A stretch of DNA of 64,000 nt from Penicillus capitatus. Lineage: Eukaryota > Plantae > Chlorophyta. Below the pieces are notes generated by a model, which was given only the letters and a program-made list of their open reading frames with translations, was not told where the DNA came from and did not search any database. Position 1 is the stretch's first letter. Each line of letters opens with the position of its first letter. Of the stretch, positions 35,301 through 46,200 are shown piece by piece. The stretch covers positions 682,001-746,000 of the forward strand of contig OZ287700.1 of assembly GCA_965649825.1 (NCBI GenBank). The letters run 5' to 3'. The translations under genes and the position numbers were made by a program.

Positions 35301-38022
35301 GACCCCTCTATACCTTCCATTTCTGAGAAACTGCTATCTGGTACTCCCTTTCAACAGATCGTGGGTGCTGGGTCCAGGGGAATGCCGAAAGCTCATCCTT
35401 CCCGTTAAGTTTGTCAAGGGAAGTTTAGGGTCCATCACGGACGCGCTGACTTGCCCAGGAGTCAGGTTTTCTCCACAGAGCAATGGATGTAGGGTATGGG
35501 GAATGCTAGAGAATCGAGGTCGGATGCCACAACATTTGACGCCTAGGATGCCACTGTGCATCATCCAAACCAATGTGACGCATGTACTGGTTCCAGACAG
35601 AGGGCAAATTCCGTTGACAGAAAGAGGAATTCCGTTGCCGCTGAGAAGCATTGTTGCGTATGGAGAAGATTTGCAGAATATATTGCGAGAATTCCACGAC
35701 TTAACCAGTGGCAATCTTGGGAAATGTGTCGATCATGTGGTGACAGATATCCCATTTCAGCATCGCCTGACAAGACAACAATCATCGCCCTCCATATCAC
35801 CCAGCGAAGAGTCGTTAGTTCTAGAAGAAATCAACAAGTTAGTAGAGTTGGGGGTGGTCAGGGAGACGTCCCAAGAGCCATATTTGATCCCGGCGTTCTG
35901 TATTCCGAAAAAAACTGGAGATGTGCGATTGGTGCTCGATTTTCGAAAGCTGAACTCGTGCGTAGAAGCGCAGCCCTTCCTGGCAGTGAATAGAGAGCAT
36001 ACGATCGCTGGGGTGCGCCCGTATGTGGTCGGGTCAGCAATCGATTTGCAAAACGCGTATTTCCAAGTAGAGCTGGCTCCCAAGCTGCATCATTGCTTTG
36101 GAGTGTGTTTGCGACGGAAATTCTACGTCTACGAACGACTCCCCTTCGGATACGTCAATTCACCTAGTGAATTCCTAAGAGCATTGAGACCTGCGATTGC
36201 AGAAATGGATGAAGCAGTGCAGAGCCAAGTGGTGGTTTACATGGATGATATTCTTTTGCTCTCGCAATCAGTACCAGAACATCTCCGAGATCTACGCCAA
36301 GTACTCCAGATTCTGGAAAAACGGGGATGGCGAATGCGACCGGATAAGTGCTCCTTCATGCAAGAGGTATTTGACTTCTTGGGACACGTTGTGACTCCAA
36401 CAGGTTGGCGTGCAAGTGCCTCAGCGATAGCACGCCTTCAGAAGCTACAGCCTCCCAGAACGCAAACAGAATGGAGAGCGATCAAGGGCTGGTTCCAGCA
36501 ACTTGTTCGATTCGTGGTGAACGGCAGAGTGGTTCAAGGTGCGCTACGGAAGGCGGAAGAATCGGGAAGGGTGGAGGATTGGCAGACATTTCTGAGTGGA
36601 TTGGAACAACACACAGTGGCATGTACACACGCAAAAGAAACAGCGGACTTTGGCATCGCAGTGGACTCGTCGGGAAGTGGCTGGGGTGCAGTGCTATTGC
36701 AACAAAAGCAAATAATTTGCTGTGCTTCTGGTTTGTGGCCGCAAGCATTGAAGCATCAGATTTCGAATCACTTGGAAATGGAGGCAGTGGTCAAAGCCCT
36801 TCGCAAGTTTCAACCATGGATCTTTGGAGGAAGAGTGACGGTGTTCAGTGACAACGCTTCGGTGGCCAGCCTCGCAAATGCAGACAATCGAAGTCCCTTC
36901 ATCCGACGACGGCTGGACCAAATCCAGGAGTGTTGCCCACGGTTGCGTTTCTTGCCGGGGCACTCCAATGTGCTGCCAGATCTTCTCTCGAGGCAGAGCG
37001 AGCTATTTCCGGATTCGTCAAGTGGTATAACGGCCTCCACAATGAGAGAGAGGCCATCGGATTTGGCCGGAGCTCACGCGGGGCACTTCGGAGCGGAAAA
37101 GACCTGGGAGATTGCCAAAGAACTAGGATTAGCAGTTACACGGGAGGAAGTCAAAGCCTATTGTCGTCAGTGTCGTGTGTGTCAACAATTTCAACCAAAG
37201 GTCAGGACCGTGCCGTTGGGACGGCTGCCCGAACCCCTCCGTGCTGGAGAACTCATTTCTATTGACTTCGTTGGCCCCCTACGGGCTGCCCGTACGGGGG
37301 TACGTTATGTCTTTACAATGGTCGATCATTTGACAAGGCTGGGAGCGGCTATGGCGTTCAAGCGATCCACGACGGCTTCAGCTCAGAAAGGGCTGGAATG
37401 GTGGTTTCGAGAGAATGGAGCCCCTAAGCGAATTCTGTCAGATCGAGCAAGCTATTTTAGCTCGCCGACCTTCAGCGCGTGGACAGAGGAATGGGGCGCT
37501 CAGAGTATACTGACTGCTCCGCATGCCCATCATTCGAACGGACTTAACGAACGATGGAATCAGACGTTGGTCAATCGTTTGCGCAGAATGTTGCTCGATC
37601 ACCCTGGAAAGACGTGGATCGACGTGCTGCCATTGGCAGTCGACTGCACAAACCAGGCGCCGCACAGCATTACCGGATTCGCTCCTTGGTACCTATGGTC
37701 GGGCATCACTATCGGAGGTCGGCAGGCTACACTTGAAGAGGTGACGAGAGACAGACAGATTGCCGCTTGGAGGACCAAAGAAGCTCGAGACAAAGAACTC
37801 GGGGTTTCTGGACGAATGGAACCGTTTCAGCCATCCATCGGAGAGGAAGTATGGGTCTTCGATGCCGTGAGGATGGAAAGGCTCGACGACAAACTGAGTC
37901 CCTTCTGGGTTGGGCCCTTTGTGATCGTCGAACAGTGTTCACCGCATATTTGCCGATTGAGACGTATTGGGTCAAGTCAGAAGATCATTTGCCATGTGGA
38001 CAATTTGAGGCCTTATGTATGA
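35239..38022 (+). CDS. Retrotransposon Pol in the -1 frame: dUTPase-like relic, RT, RNase H, integrase
   Basis: RT motifs PKKTGDVRLVLDFRKLN, LPFGYVNSP and YMDD; RNase H VDSSG..EMEAV..SDNAS; integrase H-H-C-C finger, IDFVGP..LSDRAS..GLNERWN and GPF motif; no chromodomain. Confidence 0.95.
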   Translation, partial: KKHPRSITESSPVVLSFELLETPLYLPFLRNCYLVLPFNRSWVLGPGECRKLILPVKFVKGSLGSITDALTCPGVRFSPQSNGCRVWGMLENRGRMPQHLTPRMPLCIIQTNVTHVLVPDRGQIPLTERGIPLPLRSIVAYGEDLQNILREFHDLTSGNLGKCVDHVVTDIPFQHRLTRQQSSPSISPSEESLVLEEINKLVELGVVRETSQEPYLIPAFCIPKKTGDVRLVLDFRKLNSCVEAQPFLAVNREHTIAGVRPYVVGSAIDLQNAYFQVELAPKLHHCFGVCLRRKFYVYERLPFGYVNSPSEFLRALRPAIAEMDEAVQSQVVVYMDDILLLSQSVPEHLRDLRQVLQILEKRGWRMRPDKCSFMQEVFDFLGHVVTPTGWRASASAIARLQKLQPPRTQTEWRAIKGWFQQLVRFVVNGRVVQGALRKAEESGRVEDWQTFLSGLEQHTVACTHAKETADFGIAVDSSGSGWGAVLLQQKQIICCASGLWPQALKHQISNHLEMEAVVKALRKFQPWIFGGRVTVFSDNASVASLANADNRSPFIRRRLDQIQECCPRLRFLPGHSNVLPDLLSRQSELFPDSSSGITASTMRERPSDLAGAHAGHFGAEKTWEIAKELGLAVTREEVKAYCRQCRVCQQFQPKVRTVPLGRLPEPLRAGELISIDFVGPLRAARTGVRYVFTMVDHLTRLGAAMAFKRSTTASAQKGLEWWFRENGAPKRILSDRASYFSSPTFSAWTEEWGAQSILTAPHAHHSNGLNERWNQTLVNRLRRMLLDHPGKTWIDVLPLAVDCTNQAPHSITGFAPWYLWSGITIGGRQATLEEVTRDRQIAAWRTKEARDKELGVSGRMEPFQPSIGEEVWVFDAVRMERLDDKLSPFWVGPFVIVEQCSPHICRLRRIGSSQKIICHVDNLRPYV

Positions 38023-38225
38023 CACTCTATCGGGAGAGGGTCATCAAAGAGTGAAGCGCTCAGACTGTCTTCCGTTGGTACATCACTGGGTAGAGATCCC
38101 GGGCCCTTGAGGGCTGGCTAATGTGATACGCCTATCGAATCTTCAAGCTGTTGACCACTGCAACGAGCTAAGGAGCTCAGAGTGGAACGGAGATCCCTTC
38201 GGAGTTTTGATCGCGCAGAGAAGCG

Positions 38226-38443
38226 TGTGAACTCCTCATGGTACGGAACCATGATGTCACATTGGTGACGAGGGATCGGGAAGATGACGGTCCGATGCGA
38301 CAGACAGAACTGATGGGATGCTGCGATCGAAAGCATTAAATAGAGACTCATGATGAGTTGTGTGGAAGAAACGTTTTGGTTTTTTAAAAATATTTGCTAC
38401 GCAGCACCCATGGCCGACGCGAAGCGCGTTCGTCCCAATGACA
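38226..38443 (+). repeat. 3' LTR (218 bp)
   Basis: Identical to the 5' LTR; preceded by a short purine-rich stretch (CAGAGAAGCG) as a weak polypurine-tract candidate. Confidence 0.95.
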
Positions 38444-39070
38444 ACAGTGTTCTGCTTGCACGGAAGGCGATGATGTATTGCTAATCCATAGCCGAGCAGA
38501 TCGTACAACATGGACACTGTTTCGATCTGCCTATTGTTCACTAGAACAGGTCTCTACCGTGTGGCAAAGACTGGCTTTCATCGAGAAAACTGTGGTTTTC
38601 TAGGCTGGTCTTATGGAGATGAAGGAACTCACGGAGCATACCGGTGGTCGATTGTCCAAACGGACCCTTTGCCAAACCCAGTATTCGAGAAATCTCTCGA
38701 CCGCATGTTCGATGGAACTGCTACAGACATACCTTCTAACAGAATTATTTGACGAAGTTTGTCTCTCGTATTCGTTTCACAGATTTCTCACTCTCTTGGC
38801 TTTGACAGATCAGTCTTTCGAGAGACATTCGGCTTTGTGGGATCATTATTCAGGTGGAAAGTTTGGAGAAGAAAACAGCAAACGTCTCTGATTCCTCTGC
38901 GGGGACCATTTCAGTCCTGGATCGCAGCTCTGCAAAATGATCCACTCTACCCACACCCCGGCAGCGGCAGCCGCTTTATTGGGAGGAAGGCTGGGCGACA
39001 GGGAGAGCAGAGGCCATGACATTGGGCAGCCACGTGATCCGGTTGATGACCTCGGGTAAGTCCTTTGGAT

Positions 39071-40361
39071 GGCATCCAGGGCCGTCTCTTCTATTCCCTT
39101 TGATCTCTTTTCTCCCCTGGATGCCCGTCTTCTTCGATCTGGGCAACGGAATCGGCATTTGTATTTTCTCCTTGTGTGTGAATGTGTTTTGTCTTTTTGT
39201 ATGCCTGGCAGTTTATCATTGCTTTCCCTTTGTCTGTTTCTTCTGCTCTGTGATTGTGTTTACCTTTCTTGTACCTGTCGCCGATTCCGTTGTCCCTTAT
39301 TGCATGTCTTTCATTTTTACCTTTCCTTTTCATGTTGTTTAAACTGTCTTTTGCAAGTGTCACTTTAATGTTTCTTCTATCCTATTCCTCTTGCTTTTGT
39401 TTCCGTCTCTTTCATTTTCTTGTGTTTTCATTCATTGTGTGTGCCTGGTCCCTTTTTGGACCTCTTATTTGCATGTCCGCGCAGCGCGGCGAATCCTTTG
39501 GACGATTCCTGAGACGGATGATTCGCCGATCACACTGGGAATTCTCACTCTTCCCAGGGCTGCTTTTCGGGAGAGGTCATCGGTGCTCTGCCAGGTTGCA
39601 TTGCGCGGCGCCGCTTGCCACAAGTATGCCCTTATGCCACTCAAATGTCACACCTCACTTTTCTATTCTAGATGGGGTTAATGATGACATGTCCAGAAGA
39701 GATGTCTACACACAGCAATCTCCTTCAACGTTTGCCAGAGAGGTAATCCTATCTAGAGATCTGCGTTTTCTCATTTTGCTCATCGATGTGATCAGGGGGA
39801 TGGTCGGGCACGCAAGAACTGGATAGAAGAAGATCAGCTGGACATCCGCAAGGGAGTGGCAAAGACCCAGAGTGTGGCTGGATAAGATCTTCGGTGATGG
39901 CTTTCGGATCGGCATCCAGGCCGTCTCTTCTGTCCCTTTTCTCTCTCTTATCCCTGGATGCCCGTTTCCTCGTCCCCGGCAACGGAGCCTTTTCTTTGTT
40001 CACTGTTTCCCTGTCCTCCTGATCTCTGAATATATTCTGTTCTGTGGCTCTTTCTTGAGTTTCCTTGATGTCTTTATTCTCGCTCATCTGATTGTACCGT
40101 ACCCCTGCATACCTTGTCTTTTCTTGCCTTCTGCTTGCCTTTGCTTCTCAATTGCTCCGTTGCCCCTAAGTAGTCTGTGTTCTCACTGTGCTTTCTCTTT
40201 GTTTTTTCGAGTGAATGGCTTCATCATCACTGTCTCAGAAGATTTCCTGTGTGTTCTGCCTGTCTCCTCTCTTTGCGTTTGCATCTGTGGAGTTTCTTGT
40301 TTTGTTTGCCGTCGTCATCGGTCCCTTTTTGGACCATCTAACTGCATGTCCGCGCAGCGCG
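39071..40361. repeat. Diverged direct duplication (period about 840-873 bp) in which the hairpin segments are conserved
   Basis: GGCATCCAGG..CCTGGATGCC at 39071 and 39911; GGTCC-CTTTTT-GGACC followed by GCATGTCCGCGCAGCGCG at 39447 and 40320. Confidence 0.8.
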
Positions 40362-41657
40362 TCGGGTCCGGAAGCCATGCTGGAGCCGATCTGGTTCACT
40401 CACCCACAAAACTCTCCCACACTCCCTATGCGGATGCCAGATCAGCGTGCGACTGGCACAAGCCTTGGTTGCAGTGAACTAATACCTTTCCATCAAGTAA
40501 GCTCTTGTCTCTTCCAGTCGGCAGATGTTCATCTCGTGTCATAGGAGAGACTACTCATGCCTCCAGTGAAGATTTTTGAAGACATCGATCTGAAAGTTCC
40601 CACAAATGTGATTGACTGAGCTCTTCTCAGCTTTCGAAGTTCTGACTCTATTGATTTTTTCGCAAAGAGAGATAGGCATTCTCTACTGATAAACAGCCAG
40701 TTGCCGCTGTTATGTTTTCGCCAAACTGTCAGTGAGTGGACCTGAGAATAATGGTTTCTGAAGTCAGATGAGATCTTTTTCTTGTGATAGCACGATTCAA
40801 TTATCACAGCTCGGCATTGAGCGCCCAATCAGGAAACTATCGTGTTTGTCGATCATTTGCTTTTCCCTGATCGAATCTGGAAATGCTGTCGATTGGACCT
40901 ATCACCTACTTTTGCTTTTGTGGCCTCTGTTCTCATCGTTCAGAAACGCGAGGCCGTCAGTACCAAGTCCAGATGTCATCATACTGACGGGGAAGAGACT
41001 GTATCCTCGGCTCAGTTGGCTATTCTTCTTGTTTTACCAAAGGGATTGGTTCATGCAAAGCGTTTCGTCAAAAACGGAATGTTCACCTGCCGACTTGTCT
41101 CCGCGTTTGTTCTTGGCCGACCATTGTCTCTCTTTGTCGCGTTCATTTCTGCTCCTGTCTCATCGCACTCTGTTCTTTACATGGCGGCCAAATGACAATT
41201 GTAAGGCCCAAAACTGAGAATGTCCAACGTAAAGAGATAGTCGCCGATGTCGTCTTCCTGTCCTAGACGCTGATAAGAAGCCGTTTAACATTCTCTATAC
41301 CGTAAACAATCCCAAACGCGACGCTGAGTGCTAAGGGAAGCAGGAGACACACAGATGACAGTTGATACATTCCCCATCGCAGAAGATACAAAGCGGCTGA
41401 CAGAGAAGCATTCGAAATACCATTGAGTTGTCTTTGAGATGACGAATGCGAATACAACACATGCAGAGATGGATGCTGTGATGGCATCCCTCAACTCAAC
41501 GCCGCTTTGGGATGTCCGCATGGACCGGGGTTTGGCTATCTGACTTCACCAGTACTCGGCCAGCCGTCTTCTGTACCCACGTGGTCGTCGGGACAAGAAG
41601 AGAGGAAAGAGCTCTTCGCATTTGGGATTGCCCGCCGTCGATAGCCACGATGCCGTC

Positions 41658-42963
41658 ATGTCCGCAGCAGAGGAAGAGAAATCATTTCTCGCCGCTGCAC
41701 TCAGCAAACTGCAGCAGGACCTCCACGGTACCCTCCACACAAAGTGCTCTTGTCCGAAACAGCACGTCACGCCTGCAGCACTGGAGTTTACTTGTGGCGT
41801 CGAACGTCGGCGCGGACCACTCTCAGCACTTGCCTTTCAACGCGATTACGTTTCGCGAAACAAGCCTGTCATACTCAGCCGTAAAGACACGGCATTCCGC
41901 GCAGGCCACTCGTCTGCTTTACAGATTGTTTGGAAGACTGGCCGTGTCTTGACAGATGGAGTGACGCAGCACTGATCGAGTGCCTGGGATCGAAGGAGAT
42001 CCCTGTGGCTATGACTCCGAATGGCCGAGCGGATGCCGTCGCGACGACAGGTTCGTAAAGCCTCCCTCGATACGACACATAATTCATCTCTTCCTGTCAG
42101 TCGATGAGTCCGGCCAGTCCATCGAGTGCTTTGCAGAGCCCCACGAAGAGAGGATGGGCTTTGATGCGTTCTTACGACATCTGCACGATAAGCACGCTCC
42201 AACCGTGGCATATCTCCAAGTGTGCCTTGCGAATGGCTGCCGTATGGGTTTCGAAGGCGTGTGCGTATTTGTGGACACAGCCTCAGAACGACAGTCTGCG
42301 GACTCTCTTCCCTGAACTGGTACCAGATGTTCGCATCTGTGGCCCATCGTGGGCTGAAGCGGCATTTGGCTGTCCACCCGAGGCGGTCAATTTGTGGATC
42401 GGCAATGAGAGAAGCGTCACTTCATTTCACAAAGGTCGCCTGGCATTCAGCGTCGACAGGTTCTCACCCTCATGTATGTCTGAGGCAGATCACTACGAGA
42501 ACATCTATGTCGTTGTGGAAGGCGCCAAGAGATTTCTGCTGATGCCTCCATGCGCTGACAATCGATTGCATTTTCGTAGCTACCCTCATGCTGTCTATCA
42601 GCCCAATGTCGAGGGCAGACTCGTTGCTCAATTGACATCTCCCAGGAAGGACGTCATCTGGAGTCCTGTGGAGCCAGATGCCTCCGATGCAGCGAAGAAA
42701 TGGCCGCGATTCGCTTCGCCGAATCAGCCGCCATCTCTAACGTGCACCGTCCACAAGGGCGAGCTTCTGTACCTCCCGAGTCTATGGTACCACTATGTCA
42801 CTCAATATCACAAAGAGAGCCGCAGCGTCATTGCGGTTAACTACTGGTGCGTTCCATCGATGGCGGCAGCAGATGTTGCAGTGGTTGTCTTAGGTACGAC
42901 ATGGCATACGATACAAAATTCGTGCATCATCAGTTGGTGGCCTCGCTGAGCGCGAGACTGTAA
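41658..42963 (+). CDS. JMJD7: JmjC-domain hydroxylase, JMJD7-like; multi-exon
   Basis: RDYVSRNKPVI, EAVNLWIGNERSVTSFHK/DHYENIYVVV, GELLYLPSLWYHYV and IAVNYW/YDM. Confidence 0.9.
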
Positions 42964-42974
42964 CGAGCATCGGA

Positions 42975-43229
42975 CTATCCCCCACTGATGGGTGGGATGA
43001 TTGCCATCTCGTCGCCTTCTTTGAGTTCCAGCTCATCCGATTTGGATACGTACTCCAAGTTCCTTGACAGAAGGACACTCTCCCAGATCTCCTTCAGAAC
43101 AGGATACTGCTCCAGAAGCTTCGTTTCAAACTCTTGCAAGGAAGGTTGATTCGAATCGAGCTCCAGTTCTATCTCCCTTTCGCCGACCAGCTCGCGACTG
43201 CGTGCAAAGAACCGAACGACGACGAACAT
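42975..43229 (-). CDS. MOCS2A: Molybdopterin synthase sulfur-carrier subunit (MoaD/CNX7)
   Basis: 84-aa ubiquitin-like protein, VRFFARSRE..LKEGDEMAIIPPISGG, ending in Gly-Gly. Confidence 0.95.
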   Translation of the reverse strand: MFVVVRFFARSRELVGEREIELELDSNQPSLQEFETKLLEQYPVLKEIWESVLLSRNLEYVSKSDELELKEGDEMAIIPPISGG

Positions 43230-43265
43230 ACCGTCTCATTACCGTCATTCGACAGATAGGCCTCA

Positions 43266-46200
43266 ATGAGATCGTTAACATCGGAGGCGTCTTCCGTGGT
43301 CTTTCACCGAGACGACGATGCGGTGGGTCGACTCTCGACAGCCCGGTCGCCGTGAGATCGTGTGTTCAGACATCCAGGGTCGAGAGTTCAGGCGCAATGC
43401 CGAGAACAGTTAAGGACGCTGCGATTGCTGTTCCTTCCGCCCGATAAAGAGACCTTCCAACTGATCTCGGATCTGGGAATCGGCTGGCGATTCTTGAATG
43501 TCGCCATTACGGACGTCTCCCTGGAGGACGTGGATCGATCTCCCCTTTTCTCCAGTCGTTTTCAATCTCTCGGCATCTCTCTAGAGCGATGGTCTGTAGA
43601 CAACGGCGGTCTATTGGATGAAGATTGCGTGGAGAGATGTGGAGACTGGTTCCTGACAGCTTCTTGCGTTTACGGAGCAGAGGGCCAAGGCATCTTGTGG
43701 GAAGTATTTCAACAGGCGTCTTTGCTCAACGAACAGCTTCAGGAGTTCGATCCCGAAACGCCGTCCTTTGCAGACTACTACCACTACTGCTGTCAGTCCA
43801 TGATGAAACTCCTCGAGCTATTCAAGCGAACAGTAAAACGACCCCTCTGTGTATCCGCCTTCCATAAGTCAAGCCGTAAGACCCCGCTGGGCCAAAGACG
43901 TCACCGATGACGGATTGGCTTACAGGGACGTCGCCACTTGGCGTTCACAGCTCGTTACACTTTGGTCTGCAGTTTCTCCTCACACTGGCAACTGTGCTGC
44001 CTGCCGAGCCAGTTGAAGACGTGCTCGTTCCTTTTCTTCTCGACAGGAGATCTCTTCTCGATTTCAAGAAGAGTGACCTCAAGGCTAAATCGATGATCCT
44101 CTCCGTTGGATTCCAGTTCATCGATGTTATGCACAAACGCAACATGAGGACCGATCAGCCTGTGGCCTTGATCCATGAGATCTTGATGTCACTCGTAGGT
44201 ACGTGCGGAGCGATTCGCGAAATGATGCAAGGACCTCTGCAACCACGCGAGGACATTGACTGGCATCCGTCGCTCTTCTCATCGCCATCCGAACACAGGG
44301 CATATCTCAAGATGCTGGAAACGGGCAGCGAGATTCTGGCAGAACTCGTCCTTGTACACCACCAGAGATGTATCTGCCGGTATCTGACAACAACAGAGAC
44401 ACTCAATCTGGACGACATCATGCGCTGCATCGAAGGCCTCTTGCCTCTGATGAACACAACAGAGAATACTCCATCGAGTGTCAAAGAGGCCGCTCTGGAT
44501 GTGATGATGATGGGACTGCGGGTGATCGAAAGAAGAACAATTGGCGAAGAACTGAAATCCTTCGCACAGTTCTGTATGGAGATCATTCTTCCGACCATCG
44601 ACAGTTACATCTGTTGGCATCTGCCTCAGAGAACCAACCAAACGCAGCACGCGCATCCGTCTCAGAGAGAAAAGGAAATCAAAGTAGACAACCTCAATGA
44701 TTTTACAGCGGGATGCACGGTGCTCTGCAGGTACTGGATGTGGCCACTCAGTTAGCAGGGGAGATCCGTGGGCTCTCCTTCATTAGTGGTCTGCTCAAAT
44801 GGCCACTTCACGAGCAGTATGGCACTCGTCCTTTTCCGCCGCACCTCTTCAGAGAAAAGGCAACCGCATTGCATCGGCGTTTTTTGTCCCTCTTCGTTTC
44901 GAGTTTCTTGAGAGTCGTCAGATATGCAGAGCATCCACTGACCAACTCTCAATACGCCTTCTGCCTTTCCTGCTGGTTCACCCAGCTGCTGGAGATGCAG
45001 CCTGGGTTACTGTCTTACTACGGCACGCGGATGCTGAGTCACCTTCCGGAACTGCGAGACGTGTTCGAAGGCGTCAACTGGAGAGAGCCGCTGCGGGACG
45101 GCTCTGTCCACAGTGCCACTTGGGATGTGACGGAAACGATTCTGCAGAAACTGGCGGCGAGAGAAAAGAGTGCTGTCATCATGATCACTCAACGAATGCA
45201 CCAGGTATAGACATCCCCCCACTAATCCGCTCTCAAACAAAGGACAGATGTTGCACGCACGGGAAGAAGAAATTGCGATTCGAGAAGATCTTTCAGGCAC
45301 GCAGAAAGCTGCTTATCTGCAAAAGTGTGCTATCTTTCTCAGAGGCTTTCTTCAGCTGAAGCTCTCGACCCAGTCGTCCATTCCGCAGAGAGCTTTTGGT
45401 CGAGAGCATCCTTCAGCCGTCTACACTCTGGCTGTCGAAAATCGTCCCTCGCTGATGGCGCTCTACTTCTCCTGGGTGGCAAAGGCTGTAGCCTCTCTCG
45501 AAGAAGCTTATCTGGGAGAACATCCTGCGGCACGTCACATCACACCACTGTCGAGTCCCGAAGCGATCACGCATGCTATCAAGGTGTGTGTCTTGGTTGA
45601 TGGTTTGGTTTTGACCTTGCTGTTGGGAAGGAATCGCCGATGGTATGTCTACGCGATGTGCTGGTCCTTTTCGTCAACGAATTCAGCAAATCTTCTATGG
45701 ATCAGCATTCGCCTTATCTAAAAGCACTGTATTTCTTTGTTCTCTCCGTCATGGAGATGCCCGTTGCTATCTACGGACCGAATCCTGTCGATTTGGCTAT
45801 TGCAGACTTTTTTGCAGCTGCCCTTGATCCCACAGAGCCACTGGTCTCTAACGACCCCCTATCCATCGTCCTCTCAACGGCACCGAGCGGCGGACAGTAT
45901 CACTCCCGCGTCCAGTTTATACACTATCTGCTTCGTACCTTCTTCTGGCACTATGTCGAAAAAGCGATCCATGGCAGTACCTCTGCAGAAAGGTATCTTT
46001 TATGGCTAGACCCGCAGTTGGGGATGTATGTTTGTGCAGAGCAGTGGTCAATGGGATTCATTTTATAAAGAGGCTGTTCGTTCGTTCGGCGTTTCGAGCG
46101 GAGACAGTATTCTGCACCTTGCTTCCTGCTGTTCTGGCTCCCTTGTGCCGAATCCTGAAATCAGAGTCATCAAAGGAGCTCTCGGCTTCATGCAAGATCC

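Larger units (their letters stand above)
33547..38443 (+). mobile_element. Full-length Ty3/Gypsy (Metaviridae-type) LTR retrotransposon, 4897 bp
   Basis: TG..CA LTRs at both ends, ACAG duplicated at 33543-33546 and 38444-38447, PBS-like sequence, and intact Gag-PR and RT-RNaseH-IN frames in Gypsy order. Confidence 0.97.
30870..38938 (+). pseudogene. Intron-containing gene or gene remnant with OB-fold-like segments, interrupted by the LTR element; exon model incomplete
   Basis: Fragments VWTLDDGKQDLKYITVTYLW, RLYVYVAGFTKGQ|CSACTEGDDVLLI and DIRLCGIIIQVES..VSDSSAGTISV. The frame is restored when the element and one ACAG are removed. Confidence 0.4.

Noticed and set aside
38039-38225. Alternative longer 3' LTR starting at GGTCAT (about 38039) or TGTGAT (38122), with a deleted 5' LTR
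   Set aside because: The simpler model of two identical 218-bp TG..CA LTRs flanked by an exact ACAG duplication explains all junctions. The 38122 start cannot be fully excluded without other copies.
39440-39500. HDV-ribozyme-like GGCGAAT and GGCAAC words in the duplicated unit
   Set aside because: Could not build the P1-P2-P3 nested pseudoknot, and GGCGAAT is absent from the second copy.
41263-41521. Possible small minus-strand membrane protein gene
   Set aside because: Two hydrophobic fragments, but I could not join them with an in-phase intron.
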